Shown here: one piece after another, positions 1 to 8,810 of the stretch
Layout of the letters: every line of letters begins with the position of its first letter
Position numbering within the stretch: the stretch's first letter is position 1
Origin: Gemmatimonadota bacterium
GTDB taxonomy: Bacteria > Gemmatimonadota > Gemmatimonadetes > Palauibacterales > KS3-K002
Direction of reading: 5' to 3'
Assembly (NCBI GenBank): GCA_039586795.1
Contig: JBDHJS010000006.1
Coordinates: 9,408 to 73,407, forward strand
Length of the DNA stretch: 64,000 nt
The notes under the pieces: generated by a model
What the model was told of the DNA's origin: nothing
Database searches by the model: none
What the model saw: the letters and a program-made list of their open reading frames with translations, nothing else
Program-made: the position numbers and the translations under genes

Positions 1-740
1 ATAGCCGCGGGCCGAGCCAACATCTGATGCTCCGCCTTCCATACTTCTCCCATACCGCCTTCGCCCAGCCGCTCCACGAGACGGTAGCTGCCCATGCGGC
101 GGGCCTCAGCGATGTCCGATCCGTAGCTCCAAACGATTCGTGCCCCGACGATCGCTATGGCGGCGCACACGTAGTTCGGCAGCACGAGATCGAGGAGCAC
201 TCCCGCGTCGACACCCGCCGCGGCGAACGGGACACCCTGAAGGGCGAGCACGACAAGCACCAGCGGGCGTACGGAAGCAGAGACCAGCGCCGCGACGGTC
301 GCTCGGGCCGGAGTGGCCGGCACGATGAGAGGGAAGGCGATGATCCACGGGCACGTCCACGAAATACCGTTGATGGCGAACGAGCCGTCCTCCGGCCAAA
401 GGCCGAAGGTCGGCCACCAGAGCAAGTCGATCTCGATCCCGATGGCGCCGACGACCTGGTAGATCAACCCGATTTCAAGCAGTCGATACGGATTCACTCG
501 GCCGCTCACGGCCAGTACGGCCAGTGCGAACACCAGCAGCGATATCCCGATGACTAGCGCGGCGACGACGTCGGGATTCAGCACCGCGCCTTCCCAGTCC
601 CGAGGAAGGTCCTCCAGCACCCGCGAAGAGATGTAAAGAAGGGTGTAAGCGGCGGCGTAGGCGAAGGACATGATCGCGAGCCGCTTGCCGGCTTTTGCCG
701 CGAGGTCGGCCAGCAGACCCGCGTCGCCTGTCGTGGTCAT
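1..740 (-). CDS. Ser/Thr protein kinase, N-terminal part: a polytopic membrane region followed by the start of the kinase domain. The 3' end lies beyond the window start
   Basis: The minus-strand frame is open from the ATG at 738-740 to the window edge; it is absent from the ORF track because it is edge-truncated. My translation is [10 protein letters not shown]..., about 210 aa of hydrophobic multi-TM sequence, then ...[30 protein letters not shown]. That is a glycine-rich GxGxxG loop plus the start of the VAIK motif. A segment at 420-480 was re-translated codon by codon and matches ([20 protein letters not shown]). The plus ORFs 27..557 and 140..328 are Arg-rich antisense artefacts. Confidence 0.6.
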   Translation of the reverse strand, partial: [246 protein letters not shown]

Positions 741-954
741 ACCGACGACAGAGGTTCCGGAATCCGGTGGGCGCTGGATCTCTCGGTTCACGTCGTACCT
801 ATTGCAGCACGAGTGTGGAATGCGTTTCGGTTGGGCGCTCGCTGCGAAGATACGATATCCAGCGGGTTACGTGAAGCCGGAGTCGCTGCTGCCGACCTCG
901 AGCGGCGGAAAGAGAAATGACAGGAACAAGGTAAGTTGTTACGTTTCAACGCAC

Positions 955-1038
955 GGAGGGCTAGACCTAATTGGCAAGGCAGCGGTCTTGAAAACCGCCG
1001 GGAGCAATCCCTTCCGGGTTCGAATCCCGGGCCCTCCG
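955..1038 (+). tRNA. tRNA-Ser (anticodon TGA), class II with long variable arm
   Basis: Acceptor stem GGAGGGC/GCCCTCC. Anticodon stem GCGGT/ACCGC with loop CTTGAAA gives anticodon TGA. Variable arm CGGGAGCAATCCC. T-arm CCGGG-TTCGAAT-CCCGG. Discriminator G; CCA is not encoded. Confidence 0.75.
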
Positions 1039-1046
1039 CTCAAAGC

Positions 1047-1128
1047 CAGCCCTCATCCTCAACACCAGGGTACTTTACCGTTGAGCGATGAGGGCTGAGT
1101 TGTTGATGAGTGTGATCGAACCTTACAC
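1047..1128. repeat. Palindromic intergenic repeat, family B copy (GATGAGGGCTGAGTTGTTGATGAGTGTGAT core)
   Basis: AGCCCTCATC at 1048-1058 and GATGAGGGCT at 1087-1096 are inverted. The 1087-1128 core is near-identical to 52773-52816 and partially to 33308-33357. It sits directly 3' of tRNA-Ser. Confidence 0.6.
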
Positions 1129-1136
1129 GTCAGTAC

Positions 1137-1415
1137 TTAGTCATTGATCAGGTCAGCCAACCCCGCCTCCAAATCCTGCATATTCTCCACTTCAGTATAA
1201 AACAGAGGCGACGCATCGATATCGTTCTCCTGATTGTGCCGCAGCACCGCGCCCGCCGCGCCGGGAGGCGAATACCCCGACGCAAAGAACGCGATGCACA
1301 GCGCCAGCGCCAGCAGCCCGACGAAGAACCGGACCCAATCCTCAAGACGATTCCTCGACACGCTATCCCACCGCGTTCGGGAACAACACCATGAACGCCA
1401 GCCACGCAACGACAA
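1137..1415 (-). CDS. Hypothetical small membrane protein (92 aa); doubtful
   Basis: ORF-track entry with one hydrophobic segment (FFVGLLALALCIAFFASGY). It overlaps the 3' end of the YeiH-like gene by about 50 nt in another frame. There is no homology I recognise. Confidence 0.2.
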   Translation of the reverse strand: MSLRGWRSWCCSRTRWDSVSRNRLEDWVRFFVGLLALALCIAFFASGYSPPGAAGAVLRHNQENDIDASPLFYTEVENMQDLEAGLADLIND

Positions 1416-2682
1416 GCGTCAGCACCAGGTTGAACGACTGCCCAACGACGTACAACACCAGCGGCTTACCCCGCTCCATATTCCCGGCCAAGTCGCGGAA
1501 GTTCGACTCCAGCCCGATCGCCACGAACGCCAAACAGAAGAACCAGCCCCGCGCCACACGCGTCACCGGGTTGATGAACGTCGACTCGACCAGCGCGAAG
1601 TCACCCTGGTTCATCGGTACAACCAGGAACGAAAACAGGATCGATGCGGCCACGAACCCGATGACGAACTTCGGGAATCGATACCAGATCTCTCGGGCGT
1701 CCGCTTTCTGACCCGGCTCCCGGTCGACCCGAGTTACCCAGTAGAGCGCGATGGCGAACGCCAGCACGCCGATCATCACGTTCTGGATCATCTTCACCAC
1801 CGCCGCTACCTGCTCGGCCACCGGCCCCAGCATCGAGCCCGCCGCCACCACCGCGCCCGTCGAGTCGATCGTGCCGCCCATCCAGGCAGCGCCCAGCACG
1901 TGGTTCATGCCGACCCAGTCGATGGCCAGCGGCATGAAGAACATCATCAGAACCGTGAAGATGAGCGTCATACCTACCGCCAGCGTCAGGTCGTCCTTCT
2001 TCGCGCGACACGCCGCGGCGGCGGCGATAGCGGCGGACACCCCGCACACGCTCGTCGCACAGGCGATGATGATCGCCAGCTTCTTGTTCACCATCTTCAG
2101 GACGCGGTTGGCGAACATGAACATGAAGATCACGACGGTCGGCGTGACGATCCACGCCACCATCAGTCCTGGCACGCCCATCGAGATGATTTTCTTGAAC
2201 AGGATCTCCGCTCCCAGCAGCACCAATCCGGTCTTGATGAACAGCTCGGTCTTCGCGCCCGCCTTCAGCCACTGCGGCGTGCCGACGGTGTTCGAGATCA
2301 GCAAGCCGACCAGCAATGCCCACAGCGCGTAGCTCAGTCCCCAGTAGCGGATGTTCGTTTGATTCGCGATCCAGTAGGAGAGACAGGCGAGGAAGAAGAC
2401 ACCGACAAACCCCAGAGCGTAGCGACCGGGCGGCTCCGACTTCATAACGGCGATGCCGACGGTCGTGAGCACGGCCAGGCCGAGCATCAGGGCCAGCAGC
2501 GCCAGAAAGATCGTTCCATCGTCCGAGCCGACACCGAAGGCCGTGAGCGGGTCGTCCGTCCATCTGCCGATCCTGGGTACTCGAATGACGAGACGAGTTA
2601 GGCTGGCGATGATCAGCAGGAACCCGAACCACACCGCCCACCAGTCTTCTTCCTTCCACAGAGCGCTGATGCCCTTGACCAT
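1363..2682 (-). CDS. YeiH/UPF0324-family putative sulfate-exporter-type integral membrane protein
   Basis: The ORF 1363..2733 is about 10-TM throughout, with an architecture and motifs typical of the YeiH family. Start chosen at the internal Met (MVKGISALWK...) where the hydrophobic core begins. Confidence 0.65.
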   Translation of the reverse strand: MVKGISALWKEEDWWAVWFGFLLIIASLTRLVIRVPRIGRWTDDPLTAFGVGSDDGTIFLALLALMLGLAVLTTVGIAVMKSEPPGRYALGFVGVFFLACLSYWIANQTNIRYWGLSYALWALLVGLLISNTVGTPQWLKAGAKTELFIKTGLVLLGAEILFKKIISMGVPGLMVAWIVTPTVVIFMFMFANRVLKMVNKKLAIIIACATSVCGVSAAIAAAAACRAKKDDLTLAVGMTLIFTVLMMFFMPLAIDWVGMNHVLGAAWMGGTIDSTGAVVAAGSMLGPVAEQVAAVVKMIQNVMIGVLAFAIALYWVTRVDREPGQKADAREIWYRFPKFVIGFVAASILFSFLVVPMNQGDFALVESTFINPVTRVARGWFFCLAFVAIGLESNFRDLAGNMERGKPLVLYVVGQSFNLVLTLVVAWLAFMVLFPNAVG

Positions 2683-2895
2683 GAGAAAACCCCCGCACGG
2701 AGATAGGAGCTGCAGACGCCAGTTCCGACGCACGTCGCGCCGACCGTCCAGGCAACAGATCCAACCGCACGAGGGTCAGGTCTTCCAGCAGAGACTTATC
2801 AATTCTCGTACCACCCGTAAAGTAGTCACTGGTGGTTGATGTCGACTCGCCCTTTCGCTATCTCGGGACATATTGATACACTCTGGTCAACGATC

Positions 2896-3309
2896 ATGAG
2901 CACATTTGCTGGAGTCCCGGTCGACGAGATCGAGTTCCGCGCCTCACGGGCCAGCGGTCCCGGGGGCCAGAACATCAACAAGCGATCGACGCGGGTCGAG
3001 GCGCGCTGGAATGTACTGGAGAGCGCGGTTCTCACTGACACACAGCGCCAGCAGATCCTGAGGAAGCTGGCGACCCGGATCAGCGCTGAAGGAGTCATGC
3101 GGGTCGTTGCCTATCGGGAACGGACGCAGCGTCGGAACCGGGAGCTGGCCGTCGAACGCCTCCAGGAGCTGGTGAAGGAAGCACTCGTCGAGCGAAAGCC
3201 GCGCAAGAAGAAGAAACCTTCCGCGGCGTCCAAGGAAGCACGGCTGGAGAGCAAGCGACGTCGGAGCCGGAAGAAGGAATTGCGACGTCGACCTTCGGCT
3301 GAAGAGTAG
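2896..3309 (+). CDS. arfB: Peptidyl-tRNA hydrolase ArfB (alternative ribosome-rescue factor B, GGQ class)
   Basis: SGPGGQNINKRSTRVE carries the GGQ motif of the RF-like domain, followed by a basic Lys/Arg-rich C-terminal tail. At about 137 aa from the internal Met at 2896 it matches ArfB length. The ORF-track start at 2836 is probably too early. Confidence 0.8.
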   Translation: MSTFAGVPVDEIEFRASRASGPGGQNINKRSTRVEARWNVLESAVLTDTQRQQILRKLATRISAEGVMRVVAYRERTQRRNRELAVERLQELVKEALVERKPRKKKKPSAASKEARLESKRRRSRKKELRRRPSAEE

Positions 3310-3342
3310 CTCGTAACGTTCTGTACTTAGCGAATCGATACC

Positions 3343-4155
3343 ATGACAACTTTCTGGGACAGGAACGTGCTGATCACCGGCGCCGCCAGCGGCATCGGTC
3401 GCCTGCTGGCTTGGAAGATCGCCGGCCGCGGTGCCCGCGTAATCCTCTGGGACATCGATGAAGACGGTCTCCAGGAAACGACGGCAGGGCTCAAGGAGCT
3501 GGATCATCCCGCGACCGTGCAGCGGGTCGATCTCTCCGACCGTGCCGCCATCGGTGACGCGGCGGAGCGCGTCCTGGCCGACCACGGACACGTCGACGTC
3601 CTGATCAACAATGCGGGTATCGTCACCGGCAAGCCGCTGCTCGACATCTCCGACGAGGAGATCGAGCGCACTTTCGACGTGAACACGCTGGCCCACTTCT
3701 GGACCGTCCGCGCCTTTCTGCCCTCGATGATCGAGAAGGGCAGCGGCCATATCGTGACGATCGCTTCCGCCGGCGGCCTGGTCGCCGCCCCCAGGCTGGC
3801 CGATTACAGCGCCAGCAAGTTCGCCGCCGTCGGTTTCGATGAAGCGCTGCGCCTGGAGCTGGCGCAACAGAAAGCCGACATCAAGACAACCCTGGTCTGC
3901 CCCTACTACTCCAGCACCGGCATGTTCGACGGCGTGCAGACCCGTTTCCCGTGGCTGCTGCCGATACTCGACCCCGAGTACGTTGCCAACCGAACGGTGA
4001 AAGCCATCGAGAAGAACCGCCGTCGCCTCATCATGCCGCGCTTCACCTACACATCGTTCCCGCTCCGCATCCTACCTGTCGCCTGGTTCGATGCCCTGAT
4101 CGGCTTCTTCGGCGTCAGCCACAGCATGGACGATTTCACCGGCCGCAACGAATAA
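3343..4155 (+). CDS. SDR-family short-chain dehydrogenase/reductase
   Basis: N-terminal VLITGAASGIGRLLA (TGxxxGxG cofactor motif), NNAG, and the catalytic YSASK (YxxxK). Confidence 0.8.
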   Translation: MTTFWDRNVLITGAASGIGRLLAWKIAGRGARVILWDIDEDGLQETTAGLKELDHPATVQRVDLSDRAAIGDAAERVLADHGHVDVLINNAGIVTGKPLLDISDEEIERTFDVNTLAHFWTVRAFLPSMIEKGSGHIVTIASAGGLVAAPRLADYSASKFAAVGFDEALRLELAQQKADIKTTLVCPYYSSTGMFDGVQTRFPWLLPILDPEYVANRTVKAIEKNRRRLIMPRFTYTSFPLRILPVAWFDALIGFFGVSHSMDDFTGRNE

Positions 4156-4213
4156 GGCTTGGGGAAGAGTGAGCGGCGATCTGAGCTGGTCCATAGTCGA
4201 TAGGGAGGGATCG

Positions 4214-4236
4214 GGGGACCGACGAGCGGTCCCCCG
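4214..4236 (+). terminator. GC hairpin (GGGGGACCG-ACGAG-CGGTCCCCC) downstream of the SDR gene
   Basis: Perfect 9-bp stem visible in the sequence. There is no following T-run, so its terminator function is uncertain. Confidence 0.3.
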
Positions 4237-4385
4237 AGCCCGACCAACGCCGGAGCGAGCGGTCCCCCGTCGCCGCACCCCACCGCGCACCGCGAAACCC
4301 TCCAGCCAGTCAAATCGTAGGGTATCCCATCGTGCGATTGGGCCCAGCTAGGCCCCAAAACCCAACTACCAGCAGGGCAGGTCTC

Positions 4386-6806
4386 ATGGGATCCCTTCTA
4401 AAGGATATCCGCTACGGCGCCCGTATGATCCTCAAGAACCCCGGGCTCGCCGCTATCGCAGTCATAGCTCTCACCCTCGGCATCGGCCTCACAACGACGA
4501 TGTTCAGCATCGTCTACGGCGCCCTCTATCGGGGTCTCCCGTTCGAGGAGCCGCACCGGCTGATGCACATCGAGCGCAACAACCTGGCCGAAGACATCGA
4601 GAGCATGGAAGTCACGATCCACGATTTCGTGGACTGGCGTGAGCAACAGACCACGTTCCAGGGGATCGCCGGCTTCTATCAGGGGACGGTGAACGTCGCG
4701 GGCAACGAGGGGCGACCGGACCGCTACGACGGCGCCTTCATCAGCGCCAACGCCTTCCAGATGATCGGCGTGCAGCCGGTCATCGGGCGCACCTTCCGGG
4801 AGGGGGAGGACAGTCCTGACGCCGAACCCGTTATCATGCTCGGCTACAACGCGTGGCGCGATCGCTACGCCCTCGATCCCGATGTCGTCGGTCGGGTCAT
4901 CCGCGTGAATGGCGAGCAATCGACCATCGTTGGCGTCATGCCGGAGGGCTTCGCGTTCCCCATCGCCGAAGAGGTCTGGGTGCCATTGAGGATGGACCCG
5001 CTGGAGTTGGAGCGCGGGGAAGGGCTCACGCTGGAGGTGTTCGGCCGTCTCAAGGACGGCCTGAACGTCGATCAGGCCAACGCCGAATACGCGGCCATCG
5101 CCAACCGGCTCGCGCTGGAGTACCCGGAGACCAACGAGGGTGTTGGCGTCATCATCAAGCCGTACACCGAGGAGTACATCGGCGAGGAGCCGGCGCGACT
5201 GCTGTGGGTGATGCTTGGCGCCGTGTTCGGCGTGCTGCTCATCGCCTGCTTCAACGTCGCCAACCTGCTGTTGGCGCGGGCAACGCTGCGTAGCAAAGAG
5301 GTTGCCGTTCGCACCGCGTTGGGCGCCAGCCGCTGGAAGGTGATGTCGCAGCTGCTCACCGAGACCATCGTCCTCGCGTCCATCGGCGGATTGTTCGGTC
5401 TTGGCGTCGGTTGGATCGGCGTCACCTTATTCAATCGCGCTATCGTCGATACCGATCCGCCCTTCTGGATTGATATCCGCATCGACCCCGTCGCTGTCGT
5501 GTTCGTCATCGGGCTGGTGCTGGTCTCCGCGATCATCGCCGGAATCTTCCCGTCGTTCCAGGCCTCCGGTACCAACGTGAACGAGATCCTCAAGGACGAA
5601 AGCCGAGGCTCGTCCAGCTTGCGGATCGGCAAGTTCTCAAAGGGGCTGGTCGTGATGGAGGTCGCGCTGTCGTTCGGTCTGCTGGTGGCGGCGGGCCTGA
5701 TGATCCGGAGTGTGACGAAGCTCCGCAGCATCGACTATGGGTTCCCGACCGAGCACGTCTTCACGGCGCGTGTCGGTCTGTTCGAGGGCGATTACCCGGA
5801 CGACCCGAGCCGCGTGCGCTTCTTCGAGGAAGTCCAGGAACGCTTGGGCGGCATGCCCGGCGTCCGCGTCTCCGCGATCTCCACCAACCTCCCGGGTTTG
5901 GGGAGCGGTCGCTGGCGGATCGGCATCGAAGGGGAGACCTACGATCGAGATCAGGACTACCCGCTCGCCCGCAGCAACACGGTGTCGCCGGGCTACTTCG
6001 CTGCGTTCGACGCGACCATCCTGCAGGGACGCGATTTCACCGTGCAGGACCAGGAGGAAGCGCTGCCGGTCACCATCGTCAACCAGAGCTTCGTCGACAA
6101 GTTCTTCCCCGGCGAGAGCCCGCTCGGCAGGCGGTTCCGGGTCGGCGCCTCCGAATCCGAAGAGCCTTGGTTGATGGTCGTCGGCGTCGTGCCTGACATG
6201 TACATGGGCGGTCCTGACAACGAATTCCCGGAAGGCTTCTACCTGCCGATGCAGCAGAACGTGGCCCGCTTCATGTTCATGATCGCCCGAACCGACGGAA
6301 ACGCCATGTCGCTGGCGCCCACCGTCCGGGACGAGATCGTCGCCATCGACGAGAACCTGCCGATCTACTGGGTCCGCACGCTGGCGGGAGCCATCGCCGA
6401 GAGCACCTGGTTCTACACTGTGTTCGGAACCCTATTCGTGGTGTTCGGGGCGGTCGCCCTCTTCCTGGCGGCGATCGGGCTTTATGGCGTCATTTCGTTC
6501 GCGGTCAGCCAGCGCACCAAGGAAGTGGGTGTCCGCATGGCGCTCGGCGCCGAGCGAGGTGATGTGATGCGGCTGGTGCTCAAGCAGGGCCTGTGGCAAC
6601 TCACCATCGGCATAGTCCTCGGTCTGGGCCTCGGTTGGCTACTCTCCCGCGGCCTCCAGGACATCCTCTTCGAAGTCGAGGCGATGGATCCCATGACGTT
6701 CGTCTCCATCGCCATAGTGTTGATGGCGACCGGACTGCTGGCGTCGGCGGTACCTGCGCGAAGGGCGACGCGGGTGGATCCGATGGTGGCGCTGAGGTAC
6801 GAGTAG
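4386..6806 (+). CDS. FtsX/MacB-type ABC transporter permease with duplicated periplasmic-core plus FtsX modules (ADOP-like)
   Basis: The N-terminus MGSLLKDIRYGARMILKNPGLAAIAVIALTLGIG is a hallmark of this family. Two FtsX 4-TM blocks are separated by large periplasmic domains. The protein is about 800 aa. Confidence 0.8.
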   Translation: MGSLLKDIRYGARMILKNPGLAAIAVIALTLGIGLTTTMFSIVYGALYRGLPFEEPHRLMHIERNNLAEDIESMEVTIHDFVDWREQQTTFQGIAGFYQGTVNVAGNEGRPDRYDGAFISANAFQMIGVQPVIGRTFREGEDSPDAEPVIMLGYNAWRDRYALDPDVVGRVIRVNGEQSTIVGVMPEGFAFPIAEEVWVPLRMDPLELERGEGLTLEVFGRLKDGLNVDQANAEYAAIANRLALEYPETNEGVGVIIKPYTEEYIGEEPARLLWVMLGAVFGVLLIACFNVANLLLARATLRSKEVAVRTALGASRWKVMSQLLTETIVLASIGGLFGLGVGWIGVTLFNRAIVDTDPPFWIDIRIDPVAVVFVIGLVLVSAIIAGIFPSFQASGTNVNEILKDESRGSSSLRIGKFSKGLVVMEVALSFGLLVAAGLMIRSVTKLRSIDYGFPTEHVFTARVGLFEGDYPDDPSRVRFFEEVQERLGGMPGVRVSAISTNLPGLGSGRWRIGIEGETYDRDQDYPLARSNTVSPGYFAAFDATILQGRDFTVQDQEEALPVTIVNQSFVDKFFPGESPLGRRFRVGASESEEPWLMVVGVVPDMYMGGPDNEFPEGFYLPMQQNVARFMFMIARTDGNAMSLAPTVRDEIVAIDENLPIYWVRTLAGAIAESTWFYTVFGTLFVVFGAVALFLAAIGLYGVISFAVSQRTKEVGVRMALGAERGDVMRLVLKQGLWQLTIGIVLGLGLGWLLSRGLQDILFEVEAMDPMTFVSIAIVLMATGLLASAVPARRATRVDPMVALRYE

Positions 6807-6875
6807 ACAGTAGACGGTAGACGGTAGACGGTACGCCGAACAGCCACCGTCTACCGTCTACCGTCCACTGTCTAC
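6803..6875 (+). terminator. Long near-perfect hairpin built from tandem GTAGACG heptads, overlapping the permease stop codon
   Basis: Arm 1 at 6803-6832 is GTAGACAGTAGACGGTAGACGGTAGACGGT. Arm 2 at 6846-6875 is its reverse complement. The loop is 13 nt. The structure is about 30 bp. Confidence 0.5.
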
Positions 6876-6966
6876 CACCTACCACCCACCCGTGACAATC
6901 CCGCGCGGCCGACTATCTTATCCCATCACCAACACCAACCGGCGCACAATGAGCCGGCAACCACGG

Positions 6967-7056
6967 GGAGAGGTGGCCGAGCGGCTTAAGGCGGCACCCT
7001 GCTAAGGTGTTGGGGGCGTAAGCCCCTCGTGGGTTCGAATCCCACCCTCTCCGCCA
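6967..7056 (+). tRNA. tRNA-Ser (anticodon GCT), class II, CCA encoded
   Basis: Acceptor GGAGAGG/CCTCTCC. Anticodon loop CTGCTAA gives GCT. Long variable arm GGGGGCGTAAGCCCC. T-loop TTCGAAT. Ends GCCA. Confidence 0.8.
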
Positions 7057-7133
7057 TATGTGATTTCGTTCGACGGGCTGCGTCTCCAGCGAGGCACAGC
7101 CCGTCCCTGCGTACAGCCTGACTGGACGGTCCG

Positions 7134-8576
7134 ATGGCAGATTCGCCACGCGTTCGATTCGCGCCCAGCCCCACCGGCTTTCTCCATGTGGGTGGAGCGC
7201 GTACCGCGCTCTTCAATTGGCTCTTCGCACGTCACGAGGGCGGTATCTTGGTTCTTCGCATCGAGGACACGGATCGCGAACGGAGTCAGTCGGAATTGAC
7301 TCGGGCGATCCTCGATGGGCTGAGCTGGTTGGGTATCACGTGGGACGAAGGACCTTATCACCAGGCCGACGGCATCGAGCGTCACCGCGCCGACGTTCGG
7401 CGTCTCCTCGATTCCGGCGCCGCCTACCGATGCTTTTGCACGCCTGAACAGCTGGAAGAGATGCGCGACGTGGCCCGTGAGAAGGGCAGGGCCGCCGCCT
7501 ACGACGGGCGCTGTAGAGACATTCCTTCGGATGAGGCGGAGCGACGCGCCGGCACCGAACCCTTCACGGTCCGCTTCCGGATGCCGGGCGGTGATACCGT
7601 CTGGGAAGACATCGTCGGCGGCACCGTGCGGTTCAAGAACTCGGATATCGAGGACTTCATCATCCTGAGAACCGACGGCACTCCGACGTACAATCTCGCC
7701 GTCGTGTCGGACGATCTGGAGATGCGGATCAGCCATGTCGTACGTGGGGCAGATCACGTTTCTAATACCCCTAAGCAGATCCAGATCTACCGAGCGTTGG
7801 GCTTAGAACCGCCTATCTTCTGCCATGTGCCGTTGATCATGGGTCCGGACGGCAAGCGACTGTCAAAACGGCACGGCGCTACCGCCGTGGGTGAGTATCG
7901 GACGTCCGGTTTTCTATCGAGTGGGATGAACAACTTCCTCGCGCTGCTCGGATGGTCGCCGAAAGATGACACCGAAGTGATGGAAGTCGATGAGTTGATC
8001 GCGCGCTTTTCACTCGATCGCATCAACGTGAAACCAGCCGTCTTCGATCATGAAAAGCTCGAGTGGCTGAACGGTCAGCACATCGCGAACACATCGAGTC
8101 GACGACTGGCGGAATTGGTGGGATCGACTCTAATAAAGACAGGTGTGACCACCGAAGAAGAACTGAAGACGCGGAGCGAATGGTTTGACAGCGTACTTGA
8201 TCTCGTCAAAACTCGCGCGCGAACTTTGAACGAATTGTGCGAACGCGTGCGACCGTTCTTTTCCATCGATGTGGAGTTCGATCCCGCCGCGGTGAAGAAA
8301 CATTGGAAGCATCCAGAAGAAGTCATCGATCGACTTTCAAAACTTCGTTCCGAACTATCGAAAGAAGATGAATGGAACGAGGAAGAGCTGGAGTCGCAAC
8401 TCCGTGTCCTGGCTGAACTTATGGGCGTGGGTGCCGGCAAGCTCATCCACCCGCTGCGTGTTGCGATCACCGGCTCGGCGGTGAGTCCTGGCATCTTTGA
8501 AGTGATGATCGTCATGGGTCGCGAGCTCGTTTTGTCACGAATCGACTCCGCGATTCGTCATCTTGAGGGTGCTTGA
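7134..8576 (+). CDS. gltX: Glutamate--tRNA ligase
   Basis: RFAPSPTGFLHVGGARTALFNWLFAR (HIGH-type class I signature region). The KLSKR motif is present. Length 480 aa. Confidence 0.9.
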   Translation: MADSPRVRFAPSPTGFLHVGGARTALFNWLFARHEGGILVLRIEDTDRERSQSELTRAILDGLSWLGITWDEGPYHQADGIERHRADVRRLLDSGAAYRCFCTPEQLEEMRDVAREKGRAAAYDGRCRDIPSDEAERRAGTEPFTVRFRMPGGDTVWEDIVGGTVRFKNSDIEDFIILRTDGTPTYNLAVVSDDLEMRISHVVRGADHVSNTPKQIQIYRALGLEPPIFCHVPLIMGPDGKRLSKRHGATAVGEYRTSGFLSSGMNNFLALLGWSPKDDTEVMEVDELIARFSLDRINVKPAVFDHEKLEWLNGQHIANTSSRRLAELVGSTLIKTGVTTEEELKTRSEWFDSVLDLVKTRARTLNELCERVRPFFSIDVEFDPAAVKKHWKHPEEVIDRLSKLRSELSKEDEWNEEELESQLRVLAELMGVGAGKLIHPLRVAITGSAVSPGIFEVMIVMGRELVLSRIDSAIRHLEGA

Positions 8577-8810
8577 CGGAAAAGCGGATACATCCTAAAC
8601 TGCATCTCGCGCACGTACTAATAAAAAATCCGGGAGAAGGTCGGCGAGTTACTCGCCTATTGTCATAGACAGTATCTCTCCCCCCTTTGAGAGAGACTCG
8701 CCCATAACGGAGCGGTCCCCTGTGGTCGTTCCGATATCCGCAGCTTCCTGGTTCTCGGCCAGGTGGCATGGGTAGGAGTCGCTCTCGCGGGTTTTTCAGG
8801 AGGTATTCAG

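Noticed and set aside
27-557. Plus-strand ORF, 176 aa (and 106..417 minus, 140..328 plus)
   Set aside because: These are Arg/Asp/His-rich low-complexity products typical of antisense or shifted frames in high-GC DNA. The region is fully explained by the minus-strand kinase gene running off the window.
955-1038. Possibility that this tRNA is tRNA-Sec (selC), given the Sec-containing selD in the window
   Set aside because: The canonical T-loop TTCGAAT lies on the plus strand, and the plus-strand anticodon is UGA (reads UCA, Ser), not UCA. The acceptor stem is 7 bp, not 8. It is tRNA-Ser.
1234-2770. ORFs 1234..2601 plus (455 aa) and 1601..2770 minus (389 aa)
   Set aside because: Both overlap the YeiH-like membrane protein gene and translate to Arg/His/Pro-rich nonsense (RHRARRHHRARR…). 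They are alternative-frame artefacts.
8620-8720. Possible LexA box, sRNA or terminator hairpins (GGCGAGTTACTCGCC; CTCTCCCCCCTTTGAGAGAG; TTGTCATAGACAG) between gltX and the LexA-like gene
   Set aside because: The hairpins are short, and the TGT-N5-ACAG spacing does not match known SOS boxes. Nothing can be claimed without comparative data.
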